Source: Sminthopsis crassicaudata
Taxonomy: Eukaryota
DNA: 64,000 nt
NCBI RefSeq assembly: GCF_048593235.1
Contig: NC_133617.1
Span: forward strand, 696,674,958 to 696,738,957
Direction: 5' to 3'
Of the stretch, positions 39,284 to 51,329 are shown piece by piece. Within the stretch, counting starts at the first letter, position 1. Each line of letters opens with the position of its first letter. The position numbers were made by a program, and so were the translations under genes. The notes beneath the pieces were generated by a model. The model saw only the letters and a list, made by a program, of their open reading frames with translations. It had not been told where the DNA came from and made no database searches.

Positions 39284-40689
39284 GGAAATGAGTGTAAACT
39301 GTGAGCTTTTTTTTTTTTTCTTCCCAGATTATTTTTACCTTCCGAATACAATTCTTCCTTTGCAACAACAACAACAAAATTCGGTTCTGCACATATATAT
39401 TGTACCTAGGATATACTATGAGATATTTAATATGTATGGGAATGCCTGCCATCTAGGGGAGGGGGTGGAGGGAAGGAGGGGAAAAACTCGGAACAGAAGG
39501 GAGTACAAGGGATAATGTTGTAAAGAAAAATACCTATGCATATGTACTGTCAAAAAAATGTTATAATTATAAAAAGTAATAATAAAAAAATCTATTAGAA
39601 AATTGCTTTGGAATGATTTCATTCAGTTATTATAAATAATACTGCACAACAGTATTTTAAAACCCACTTTCTTAGATGAACTAAGAGATACAAAATGTTG
39701 TAATTCTTCCAAAATCAAAGCACAAATGAGGCAGAGATTAAATTATTATAATTCAGTTCTTACATTACCTAATCCTACTGAGTCAAATTTTTATATATAA
39801 AAATATCCTGTATATATAGAGAGAATTGATCATTAAAAATATAAAATAATGTGAATATTAATAATAACAAAATTTGCAAAGTAAAATATGTGAGAACTAT
39901 AGTTAGTAAACATTCCTTGGATTTTCCTTTCCCATTAGTAGGGACAGATTTATTCTGAGGTATGTGTATATTCTTGCTGGACTCTCCTTGTGACCAGTAG
40001 TAATTATATACACAATGGCTGGTAAAAATTGGAGAAGACAGTAATTCTAACAGGACTACATGAAGGTCAAATCCATGATTCTGTTCTCAGCTGTGTAGAC
40101 TGATCTGAAGAAAGAGATAATATATTTTAGGGACTGAAAAATGTAAGCACAAAGGAAAAATTGCAGATGAGCCAACATGTTAAACCTAATAGTGGATAGA
40201 AGCACATGCTTCTCTCTGATTAGTGCTTGAAACATGAATATGTAATGCAACAAAGTCTATAAACTGAACATCAGTACAAGAGAAATATCTACTAGTTGAA
40301 CTTTCAGGGAAGGATTTATTATGTCTTCACAGAAACACAAATATCTACACTGTTTCTCATTAAAAGGCAACTCAAGATTAGGAACTTAGAGAAATCAATT
40401 TTGAAATGAAACAAATCAAATACAATATTAAATATTTACTGTGTATAATTTCCTATGCTTGGCAATTGGCAATAAAAAGACAAGTAAAAAGATGCCTGCT
40501 TTCACGGAGCTTATATTCTACAGTATTCAATATATGTCACATTTAAATTTGCTTTAATAGAATTCCTTCTTCATCAGTTTCCTATATTTAGCCAGAGAAA
40601 AAAGTAGTTCAATGGAGGGCGGTCTTTACAGAGCTCTAAAACTAATTTTCTAATTCAATATTTATTATATTTATATTCTAAATTTTCTC

Positions 40690-41550
40690 TCCGCTCTTTT
40701 TATAAGAAACAATTAGCAGGATGATTTCAGAAAGGCCTGTAGAGATTTATATGAACTGATGTGAAGAGACTTAAATGAACTGATGCTAAGTGAAGTGAAA
40801 TGAGGATGTCTATTTTGGTGTTCAAATGAGAGTTTTTACTTTATTGGTTTTCTACTTTGTTTTGTTTGTTTTGTTTTGTTTGTTTTAGTTGTATTTCCAA
40901 TTCATTGACCTATTATTTCTCTTTTATTGTGATGAAAAAGTTAAAGTTAGGAATTTCTCCTCAGTATTGCTTTGGTTTCTTCTTCAAATTTTTGGTGCAC
41001 TATTATGTTTTTGTCATTATCTTTAATGAAACTGATGATCGTTTTTATGATTTGTCTTTTGATCCATTCATTTTTAAAGCTCATTAGTTCAAATTAATTT
41101 CCAAACCAAGAGATCATTATACACAAAAATAAGAAGATTATGTGATGATCAACTCTGATGGAAGTGGCTCTTTTCAACACTGAGGTAATTCAAGGCAATT
41201 CCAATAGACTTGTGATGTAGAGAGCCATCTATATTCAGAAAGAGAACCATGGGAACTGAATGTGAATCACAACATAGTTATTTTCACTTTTGTTGTTGTT
41301 TCTGTTTGATTGCTTGTTTGTTTCCTTTCTCATTCCCTTCCTCCCTCCCCCCCTCTGCCTTTTTTTGATCTATTGTGGAAGTATAATTAGAAGAATTGAA
41401 ATGTTTAACCTATATTGGATTATGTGCTGTTTAGGGGAAAAGGGTAAGAGGAAGGGAAGAAGAAAAATTTAAGCTTTTGCAAGGGTGAATGCTGAAAACT
41501 ATCTTTGCATGTATTTTGAAAAACAAAAAAGTTATTAAAAAAAAAAAAGA
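40690..41550 (+). mobile_element. L1 3' end carrying a 304-bp templated insertion
   Basis: L1 tail ...gatgctaagtgaagtgaaatgag / aaccaagagatcattatacac..., 3' UTR and A tail to about 41550. Confidence 0.82.
40801..41104 (+). repeat. Direct copy of 43083-43372
   Basis: Manual alignment: 3 substitutions and one 14-bp GT-rich microsatellite length difference over about 290 bp. Confidence 0.95.
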
Positions 41551-42814
41551 AAATTCCAAATTGCTTGGAGAATGGTCAAACTAGATAACAGTTCCACCAA
41601 CAGTATCTAAATACATTTCCTGAAAGTCCCTTTCAGCATTTGTCATCTTTGTCATTTTTTTTTTCTGTAATCTTAACTGATGAATGTGGGATGGTACCTT
41701 ACAGTTACTTTAATTTTCTCTAGTTAATGATTTAGAGCATTTTTTATATGGCAATTAGTAATTTGGCAGTTAGTAAGTTTTGAGATCTAGTATTGTTGTG
41801 CCCACTTCCTTCACATTTTTTTCCTTGATCTTATTGATATTGTTTAACCTTTTGTTCCTCAAAATGAATTTTGTAATGATTTTTCTAGCTCTATGAAGTA
41901 ATTCTTGGGTAGTTTAATTAAGATGGTGCTGAATAAGTCAATTAATTTAGATAGTACTGTCATTCTTATTATACTGGTTCAGTGTACTCATGAGCAGTTA
42001 ATATTTCTCCAGTTATATAGATTTATTTATTTTTGTGAAGTCTTTTGTAATTGTGTTCATATAGTGCCTGTAGGTGTCTTGGCAAGTAGATTCACAAGTA
42101 TTATATGCCAATTTGTAGTCATTTTAACTGAAATTTATCTTTCTAGCTCTTCCTGGTGGATTTTATTGGTAATATTCAGAAACATAGGTGATTTGTGTTT
42201 GTTTTTCCTGAATCTGACTTTTATTGGCTTTGTTAATAATAGGATTAATTAAGCTTGTAGTTTTCCTAATACTATCCTAAAATTCCTACATAGTTAAAAT
42301 AAGTCTAGACTGGTCATAGTGTAAGGCCTTTGTACAGAAATATCTTTGCTAATATTTTAGTAATATTTACCAATATTTATTAGGAATATTGATATGCTCT
42401 ATAATTTTTTTCTTTCTGGTTTAGATAGTAAGATCATATTTGTGTCATAAAAGGAATTTGGTAGGTTCTCTCCTTTATCTATTTTTTCAAATAGTTTACT
42501 TATTACTGGAATTAATTGTTCTTAAAATGCTTGGTAGAAGTATACTGGAAATTCTTCTGGTCCTGAGATGTTTTTCCTTGGGAACACATTCATGGTTTGT
42601 TTAATTTTCTTTTCCAAAATGATAGGGTTATTTAAGTATCTAGAAAATTTGTATTTCTATAAATATTCATCCATTTGATTTGGACTGTCAATTTTATCAA
42701 CATATGGTTGAGCAAAATATTTCTAAATAATTGCTTTTATTTTTTTCATTGCCTGTGTATTCACCTTTTTTAGTTTTTATAATGGTAATATGGTTTTCAT
42801 CTTTCTTTTTATTT

Positions 42815-42955
42815 TGTGAGGCAGACAGAGTTGAGTGATTTGCCCAGGGTCGCATAGCTAGTAAGTTTCAAATGTCTGAGGGCAGATTTGAATGCAGGCA
42901 CTCCTGACTCCAGGGCTGCTGCTCTATATATACTGTATCACATAACTGTACCCCT
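42815..42955 (-). mobile_element. Marsupial CORE-SINE (MAR1-like)
   Basis: gagttgagtgatttgcccagggtcgcatagctagtaag...gatttgaa...ctcctgactccagggct. Confidence 0.75.
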
Positions 42956-43405
42956 TCCCCATTTCTTTTTCTCAATCCTATTTTATTATTTGTCTTCCCT
43001 TTTCTCCTCTCATATCTTAAGCTCCTAATTTTATTTATTAATACAATGGAGTTTTTTTTTACTTTTAAATTTGGTTGATTTTTGAGGATGTCTATTTTGG
43101 TGTTCAAATGAGAGTTTTTACTTTATTGGTTTTCTACTTTGTTTTGTTTGTTTTAGTTGTATTTCCAATTCATTGACCTATTCTTTCTCTTTTATTGTGA
43201 TGAAAAAGTTAAAGATAGGAATTTCTCCTCAGTATTGCTTTGGTTTCTTCTTCAAATTTTTGGTGCACTATTGTGTTTTTGTCATTATCTTTAATGAAAC
43301 TGATGATCGTTTTTATGATTTGTCTTTTGATCCATTCATTTTTAAAGCTCATTAGTTCAAATTAATTTCCAATTAATCTTAATTAATGCTTCTAAGAAAT
43401 TTTAT

Positions 43406-43697
43406 TGTAAGGACCATGTGTAGGTGAAGGGCAGGTCAATTCTTCAAGAGCCTGTACAATTGTGAATCATAACACTTGAAGGAGTTTTGTAAAGCAGCCT
43501 TTACTACTCCAGATGTTCCTTGTGGATTGGGAATAAAATAATTTGGAGGCAAGAGGGAAGAGGAGAGAGGTCAGAGAAAGCAACTGTTGCCTCTCATCTC
43601 CTTGTATCAGTATCATCCTCTTACACAAAGAGATCCATTCTACAGGTCTGAGTTAGATTTCCAGCAGCCACTAGTAAGTGGCTCCCATATCACAACA
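43406..43697 (-). mobile_element. LTR-like insert (292 bp)
   Basis: TG...CA termini (plus strand tgtaagg...cacaaca) interrupting L1; flanks ttttat / gttttat do not give a clean TSD. Confidence 0.55.
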
Positions 43698-43984
43698 GTT
43701 TTATTGAATATAGTCTTTATTATGTTATGATCAACATTTCTATTTTATTGTATTGTGAGATTTTTATGCCCTAATCCATGGTCAATTTTCGAGAATGTAC
43801 TGTACATCAGAAAAAATAGATATACTCCTTCCTATTTCAATATTTTATATATTTGTACACATACACTGTATATATATATATAATATTTCTATTTCAATAT
43901 TCTCTAGAAGTCTATCATATTTGTTTCCTAAAATTGTATTCATTTCTTTAACTTCATTCTTATTTATTATTGAGTTTTTCTACT

Positions 43985-45185
43985 AGATTTATGAACCAAT
44001 GTATGGATGTGGTTGAATAGGAAAGAAAAAAAATTAAATACTGTCATCTTGGGTATTAGTAAACTTAAATGGATAGGAATGAGTGAATTTAATTTGGATG
44101 ATCACTACATATATTACTGTGGGCAAGAATTTCTTAGAAGAAATGAAGTAACACTTATAGTTAATAAGAGGGCAAGAAAAGCAATACTGAAAGGGCAATG
44201 CCAAAGAATTATCAAATTATTGCATAATTGTACACATTTCACACACCAGTAAAATTATATTTAAGATTCTGCAAACTAGGCTTCAATAATACGGGAATCA
44301 AGAATTACTGGAAGAGCAAGCTGGTTTTCAAAGAGGCAAAGGAACTAGAGACCAAATTGCCAACATTCATTGGCTTATGGAGAAAGTAAAGAAAGCATCT
44401 ACTTCTATTTCACTGTGAAGCCCTTGACTGTGTGGATCACACAAAATGTGACAAGTCCTCAGAGTTGAAAAATACCAGATCATCTTACTAGTCTCCTTAG
44501 GAATCTGTATGCAGGTCAAGATACAACAGTTAGAACTGAACATGGAAGAACCAATTGTTTTAAAATGGGAAAAGGAATAAAAGCTGTATATTGTCACTGT
44601 ATTTAACTAACTTATATGCAGAATACCTCATGCAAAATGTCAGGCTGGACAAAAGAAACACTGGAATAAAAGTTGTCAGGAGGAATATTAACAATTTCAG
44701 ATATGCAGAGAAAGTGTAGAGGAACGGAGAAGCTTCTTGATAAAGTAAAAGAAGAGAATGAAAAAGCTGGCTTGAAGTATAACATTAAAAACAACAACAA
44801 CAACAACCCAATAACAATGAACAAACCTAAGATCTTGGCAACTGGTCCTCTCACATCCTAGCAAATAGAAGAAGAAATGGAAGCAGTGTCAAGATGTTAT
44901 ATTCTTAAGCTCAAAGATCATCATAAAAGGCATCTGTAGTCATGAAATTAAAAAAAAAATACTTTCTCCTTGCAATAGCAAATCTGAACACCTTACTAAA
45001 AAGCAGACACATCACCTTGCTGATAAATGTCCATCCATATGGTCAAAGCTAGAGTTTTTTCAGTAGTAGTATATGATTGTGAGAGTTAAGACTAAGAAAA
45101 GCTGAGAAATACAGAATCCATGATTCTGAATTATGGTGCTAATGAAGACTTTTGAAAGTCCCTTGAATAGCAAGCAAATCAAATT

Positions 45186-45223
<38 letters not shown>

Positions 45224-45490
45224 CTTACAGTTCACTGGAAGGTCAAATAGTTAAGCTGAATCTTAAATAATCAGGCCATACAATGAAAAGATAGGACTCA
45301 CGGGATTTTGAGAAAGACTGAAGGCAAAAGGAAAAGGGGACAGCAGTCGACGAGATGGATAGATAGTGTCAGGAAAGTAATGAACATGAGTCTGGCCAGA
45401 CTTCAAGAGAAAGTGTAGGATAGAAGGGACCGGCATGTATGATCTATGAAGAAATGGAGAGCTGGACAAGACTGTATAATATAACAACAA
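43985..45490 (+). mobile_element. Degenerate RTE-BovB clade LINE with a large internal deletion
   Basis: ORF 44007..44252 ILGISKLKWIGMSEFNLDDHYIYYCGQEFLRRNEVTLIVNKR is BovB-type endonuclease; it is joined near 44190 to RT motifs (KGNAKE..SNY, EQAGFQRGKGTRDQIANI); 3' tail ends acaacaa. Confidence 0.9.
45189..45221. repeat. A33 homopolymer inside the RTE
   Basis: Read directly. Confidence 0.95.
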
Positions 45491-46222
45491 GGAAAGCTCC
45501 ATTATTTTCTGCTGTATATCATTTAACTTTTCCTTTAAGAATTTAGATGCTATGCCATTTATTGGATATGTGTTCAATGTTAATATTAATTTACAATCTA
45601 TGGTACCTTTTAGTAAAATGTAGTTTCCTTATTTATCTTTATTTAAGTCTATGTTTTGGCTTTCAGCTAAAAGATTCTGTTGCTTATTTTTAATGTTATT
45701 TATTTTTCTGTTTCAAGTATTTTTTAAGTAAACAACTTAATAGAATTTTTGTTTCTAATGCATTTAACTTTTTTTCTGCTTTATGGGTGAGTCCATCTCA
45801 TTCACATTAACATGCCATGATTATTGTGTATTCCCCTCCATTCTATTCCCTTATAAATTTTCTTCTCTTTTTTTCCTTTGACCTCTCTTTAAGAATTCAT
45901 TTGGCTTTTGATTACTGCCTATCTTAATCAACTCTTCTTTTTATATCTCTTCCTCTTCCCCCTTTGTAGCTTTTTCTATTACCTCCTTGGGAAGTAAAAT
46001 GAATTTTTTCACATAGCTACATATGTATGTATATTCAAATTGAATGCAGTTGAATTGCAGTTCAGATAAAAGTGAGATTCAAGGAAAATCTGCCCTTTTC
46101 CCCTTCCTCCTCCACTTTATTGTACAAACACTTTTTTGTGTAATCCATTTATATTGAATAATTTTCTCCATTCTTCTCATCCCTCCCTCCACTTAGTACC
46201 TCCTCTTATCTATCTTTACATT

Positions 46223-46224
<2 letters not shown>

Positions 46225-46256
<32 letters not shown>
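46225..46256. repeat. T32 homopolymer inside the old L1
   Basis: Read directly. Confidence 0.95.
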
Positions 46257-46259
<3 letters not shown>

Positions 46260-47294
46260 TCAGCCAAATATAACAGAATCATACTGAAGACTGCCTCTAA
46301 AATACCTGATGATGATGTTCTGAGGCATTTCATGTATTATCTCTTCACATAAGAATATACCCAATTTAACCTTGTTTAGTTCCGTATGATTTCTCATTCA
46401 TGTTTCTTTCTATGCTTCTCTTGAATCTCATGAATATATGCCAAATAGTCTACTCAGTTCTGGTCTTTTCATCAGGAATATTTGAAAAATCTCAATTTCA
46501 CTAAGGCCCGTTTTCCTACTGTTAGCATAATATTCAGTTTTGTTGGATAAGTTATTGGTTATAAGCCTATATTTCTTAATTTCTGGTGGCTGCTAAATAT
46601 TTTGTAATTCTGACTCTGATGATACCTGAACTTTTTTTCCTTCCCTTAATCCCAGGAGCTCTGATTTTAGCTATAATATTTCTGAAAGCTTTCATTTTAG
46701 GGTTTCTATCAGTGAAATCTGCCAATTCTCCTTTTGCCCTTTGGCTCTAAATATCTGGCCAATTCTTTTTGTGATTTATTAAAATCACTTAGACTCTTTG
46801 TTATTTTTGTGTTTTCAGATAGCACAGTGATTCTTAAATTCTCTCTCCTTGATGTGTTTTTTCAGATCAATTGTTTTCTAAGATGTTTCATATTTTTTCA
46901 GTCTTTTCACTTTGTTTCATTATTTCTTGATGTCATGTGGAGTCATTAGCTTATATTTTGTTAATTCTAATTTTCAAGGAGTTATTTTCTTCAGTAAACT
47001 GTTCATTTTCTTTCATAGCTCATATTTGTTTCTTAAAATCTTTAAAGAGCTCTTTAACTCCTGGGACTTATATTCAAACTGCATTTTTTTTTTTTTTGAG
47101 GCTTTGCCTATATATATTTAAGTCATTTTAACTAGAGCCTCCTCATTATCATAGTAGTTCTATGGTTGGGTTCTTTATTTTGTTTGTTCATTCTTCTAGC
47201 CTAGTTTTTGATTCTGGACTTTACGTTTGGTTCTCAGTTCTGTGTACTTCAAGGGGTAAGGAATGTCTGGCCTGGATTTTATTCCTTTTATTTT

Positions 47295-48130
47295 TAAATT
47301 TTAATATTTTGTTTTCCCCCCAATACACGTAAAAACAAATTTTAACACTCAGTTTTTTTTTTAAAAAAGTTGAGTTCTAAATTCTCTATGTCCTTCCCTA
47401 CCCACCTTCCCTCATTGGAAAGAAAAGCAATTTGATATGTCATATATGTGCAGTCATGTGAAACATATTTCTCTATTAGTCATGTTATGAAAGAAACCAT
47501 AAACAAAAATAAGACCATGGGGAAGAAAAAGATAAAGAATAAATATACTCTGATCTACATTTAGATGCCATCAGTTCTTTTCCTGGAGATGTGTAGCATT
47601 TTTCATCATTAGTCCTTTAGAATTGTCTTGAATTGCTAAGAATATCCAAATCATACACAATTGAATATCACACAGTAGTGCTATTATTGTATATGATGTT
47701 TTTCTGGTTCTACTCATATCACTTTATATCAGCTCATATAAATCTTTCCAGATTTTTCCTGAGAGCTTCCTGTTCATCATTTCTTATAGCACAATAGTAT
47801 TCTGTCATAATCATATATAACAACTTGATCAGCCATTCCCCAATTGATGGACATTCCCATAACTTCCAATTCTTTACCACAACTAAAAAAGCTGCTATAA
47901 ATATCTTTGTACATATTGGTCCTTCCCCCCCCACCTTTTTTTAAATCCCTTTGGGATACAGACCTAGTAATGATATTGCCTGATCAAAGGATATGCATGG
48001 TTTTACAACCCTTTGTACATAATTTCAAGTTGTTCTACAGAATAGCTGAATCAGTACACAACTTCACCAACTATGTATTAGTGTCTCAATTTTCTCACAA
48101 TCTCTCCAATATTTGTCATTTTTCTCTTCA
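47295..48130 (-). mobile_element. L1 3' end nested in the 5' part of the older L1
   Basis: ORF 47734..47934 GPICTKIFIAAFLVVVKNWKLWECPSIGEWL is L1 ORF2 C-terminus; 3' UTR and T-rich tail at about 47295. Confidence 0.8.
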
Positions 48131-51100
48131 TTAGAATTTTGTGCCTCTCTTTTACTATTTGGCCTATTCTGTTTTTAAAGTAATTCTGTTTTCTTCAGTA
48201 ATTTGTGTGTGTGTGTGTGTGCGCGCACTACCTTTACCAAGCTGTTTTTTTCATGATTTTCTCTCTTGATTTTAAAAATATTTTTTGATTTCTTTAATAG
48301 CTTGAGATTATTTTATGTTTTTCATTGAGGCTTTGGATGTAGCAGTTTTGACTCTTGTTGTCTGAATTTTTGTTTTGATATTCCCTGTTACCATGGTAAC
48401 TAGATAGATAGACAGGCAGACAGATAGTAAGGATCTTTTTCTGCTGTTTGCTCATTTTTTCCAGGCTATTTCTTGACTTTAAACTCTATGCTAACATAGG
48501 GCTCTGCTTCTAGCGTGGTGGAGGTACTGTTCCAAGTTTCAGGTTTTTGTGTAGCTGTTTTCAGAGATAATTCTAGGGATATGTAAGTTTTCAATTCTCC
48601 AAAGGTGGTATGATATGGAAAGTTAATTGTGCTCTAGTCTGAGAGCAATCACAAGCACTACTTCTACCTTGGGACTATGATCAGAGTCCTGCTGCTCAAG
48701 CTCTGATGTGCTAGTGCTCCTCCTTATTGTGGAACTGAGACCCAAGACTGCAACCTAGATCCAAGTATGAGCAATGCAACAGTCTTGCTTCTGGTACCAG
48801 AAAAGGGACCCCTGTGATCTCCTGAGAAGCTGTCCAACCCTTCTTATCATCTGTGGGAAGCTGCCACTGCCATCATTGGTTCAATTGACTCCAAAGCCAA
48901 CTGCTGGTTTGATGGTGCATAGCCTGCAGGTGATTGCACTCTACTGTCACCCTGGTCTAACAGACCTTCTAAGTTGTCTTGCACTGGAAAATGGTTTCAC
49001 TCTGTACTTTTATGGGTTTGGCCACTGTAGAATTTGTTTTGAGACATTATTTAGTTATTTGAAAGATCTGAAAAAGAGTTCAGGCAAGTACCTGCCTTTT
49101 CTTCCCTAACAACATGGTTGTTTTCTGAGTTTATGGTTTGATATTCCTGCTGCTTTCACAGCTATCTGGGGACTACAAGTTTTCAGTGACCCAGAGGGGA
49201 AATCTATTCAGTGCCCTACTAGTCCACACTTTGCAAGTTCCTAACTCAGTTTTGGGTCATTTGGCTTGTTTATTTTGATTTTCCATTCTCTGCAATTAAA
49301 GTCAATCATTGTTAATCTAACAAGAGGTTCTGTAGATTCAGAACAACTGAGTTGCTGACTTCTCTCTGGTGTGGGCCTCCTACTCTAGTTACTCTAATCA
49401 AGCCTTAGACACTGAGCTACAAGCTAGAATGAAGTCCTTGCTGCTCTGATCCTGAGATCCGAGCTACCTCGCTACATTTCCAGAACTGGTCCACTGAGTA
49501 GTACAGAGACAAGGCAGTACAGAGCCAAGGCAGGTTCAGGTGTGCCAACACATCCATGAGCCAGAACTGGGCAACAGATGACAGGGGCTAGGCAACATCT
49601 CTTCTTGAAGCCAGCCCTAGGTCATGGATCTGCCCCTGTACTTCTTGCCTTGGTCTACTTCCCATCCCTGGGCCCCGGACTGCTTCCCTGCTGCTGTTCC
49701 AAGAGTCATACAGCTAGCAAGTGTCGGAAGCCATATTTGAACTCAGCTCTTCTGAACTCTACTATTCTATCCATGGAGCCATCTAGCTACACGTTAAGTT
49801 GTTGTGAAGAAGAGAGGCAGATGTCCCTACTGTCCTCACATTAAGAGAAGGCTGAAGCAGACAAACAACTAAATGACATGGCTGGGCTCCCACAGATAGT
49901 AAGGCTGTAGTTTGGATTTGAACTCAAGTCTTCCTGATTCACTTTCTCTACTTACCCACATAACGAACATTTCTTGAAACCTACATGTAGTATAATGCAA
50001 ATTAAATTCCATGATTAAAAAAAAAAAAAAAAGACTTTTTATCAAATAGGGATTTTGTTCTGTCAAGTAAGGCCTGAGGATTTTTTTAAAGTACTACAGT
50101 TTTTGTTAAAATGAATAATAAAGGTCAAATCCCACTACAACAAATATACAATTTCTACTAATGACCCTGGATACTTACTTATGGCTATGTGAAGGCTGAA
50201 GTGCGAGATTTTGCAACTTCATCATTATTTAATAAAATGTAAATAGAAAGGAACAGAAACATATAAAGCTTGACACTAATAAGCTTATAGCAGGATCAGT
50301 TACTTCAATTCAAAGAGGTTTCATTCCGGAGGGGGGGAAATGAAATAAGCTTTTAAAGATCAGTCTTGGTTTGGCTCCATCAGACCTAACCCATTTTGTT
50401 TAATAAGGTTTCAATTTGGCTGCTCTTCTTCAAGCTATCCTATGTACAGATAAGGCATTTTTTTCTAGTTAATGCATTAATCAAGTCACACACACAAAAT
50501 GAAACCAGGGCTTGACACTCAAGATCAGTTCAGTCTTTCTAAAGCCGTCTCCATTTTTGGCTGCAGATACCCAAGTTTCACTAACACCCCGATTTGGAGT
50601 GTCAGGAGATTTGGTTTCATATGGCTTTGTGGAATCATTTTTGATGGCTGAATTATCAGGCTAACCTCTCTGAAATCAGTTCTTTTAATTATTTCCCCTT
50701 CCCTTTACCCCACCCTCCCAATTCCTTCATGCCATTTTCCATCTTCTTTCCCCCTCCCCGTGCTCCCCCAGACAGACCACTCTCTACATTCTCCTTGGCA
50801 CGGTTTCCCTGGATTCATCATGTCTACCCCTGGCATCACTGGCTCTCTAGTCACTTCTGCCAGGAATGCGATTCCTGGCAGCATGAAAAGTTGCTTCTCC
50901 TTCCACTGGCCCCGGCTTCCTCTTATTTCCTGGCTTTGCTTCCTAAGATGTGAAATCTGTACCAGGTGACCCTACAGATGGATTTGGTTCTAGGCTAAAG
51001 AAATTCCTATCTTGCCACAGACAAATGGTTTCAAACAGAGAACACAGTATCCTTCTGTGAGGAAGACAAGCTGTCCTCTTGAGTGAATGCACAATCTAAC

Positions 51101-51329
51101 ACAGAAAGATGCAAAATGTAGCTTGCTCCTCCATAAAATAAATCCCAATTCACTGCCACTGGGATTATCTAATTTACCCAAGCAGCCCACAGAACCTAAG
51201 AAGGGAATAATCACACAAGTGGTGGCAGCAACCGCATACCCTTCCCATTCTCCTTTCCTCCCCAGTTTCTGACAAAAAGGGAGCCTTGTTCCCTGTCAAA
51301 GCTTACCTCTCTGCATGTGCTCTTGGTTT

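Larger units (their letters stand above)
37563..39590 (+). mobile_element. Relatively young 5'-truncated L1 (ORF2 C-terminal part plus 3' UTR) containing a solo LTR
   Basis: ORFs 37578..38018, 38043..38291 and 38255..38494 are consecutive ORF2 pieces including ECWRGCGKTGTLMHCW; A tail; 10-bp TSD tctattagaa at 37553-37562 and 39591-39600. Confidence 0.95.
41550..49110 (-). mobile_element. Old, heavily deleted near-full-length L1 (ORF2, ORF1 and 5' UTR relics) with nested SINE, LTR-like insert, RTE and younger L1
   Basis: Ordered antisense L1 motifs from the ORF2 C-terminus (41550) through RT and EN-like parts to 5' UTR-like sequence near 48500-49110; no open frames; boundaries approximate. 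Confidence 0.65.

Noticed and set aside
40857-43355. Two near-identical small hydrophobic ORFs (76 and 60 aa) as a duplicated membrane microprotein gene
   Set aside because: They are the T-rich antisense strand of L1 ORF2 inside the 300-bp templated duplication
48205-48228. (TG)n(CG)n alternating tract as a functional Z-DNA element
   Set aside because: Short, inside a decayed L1, and such tracts are abundant
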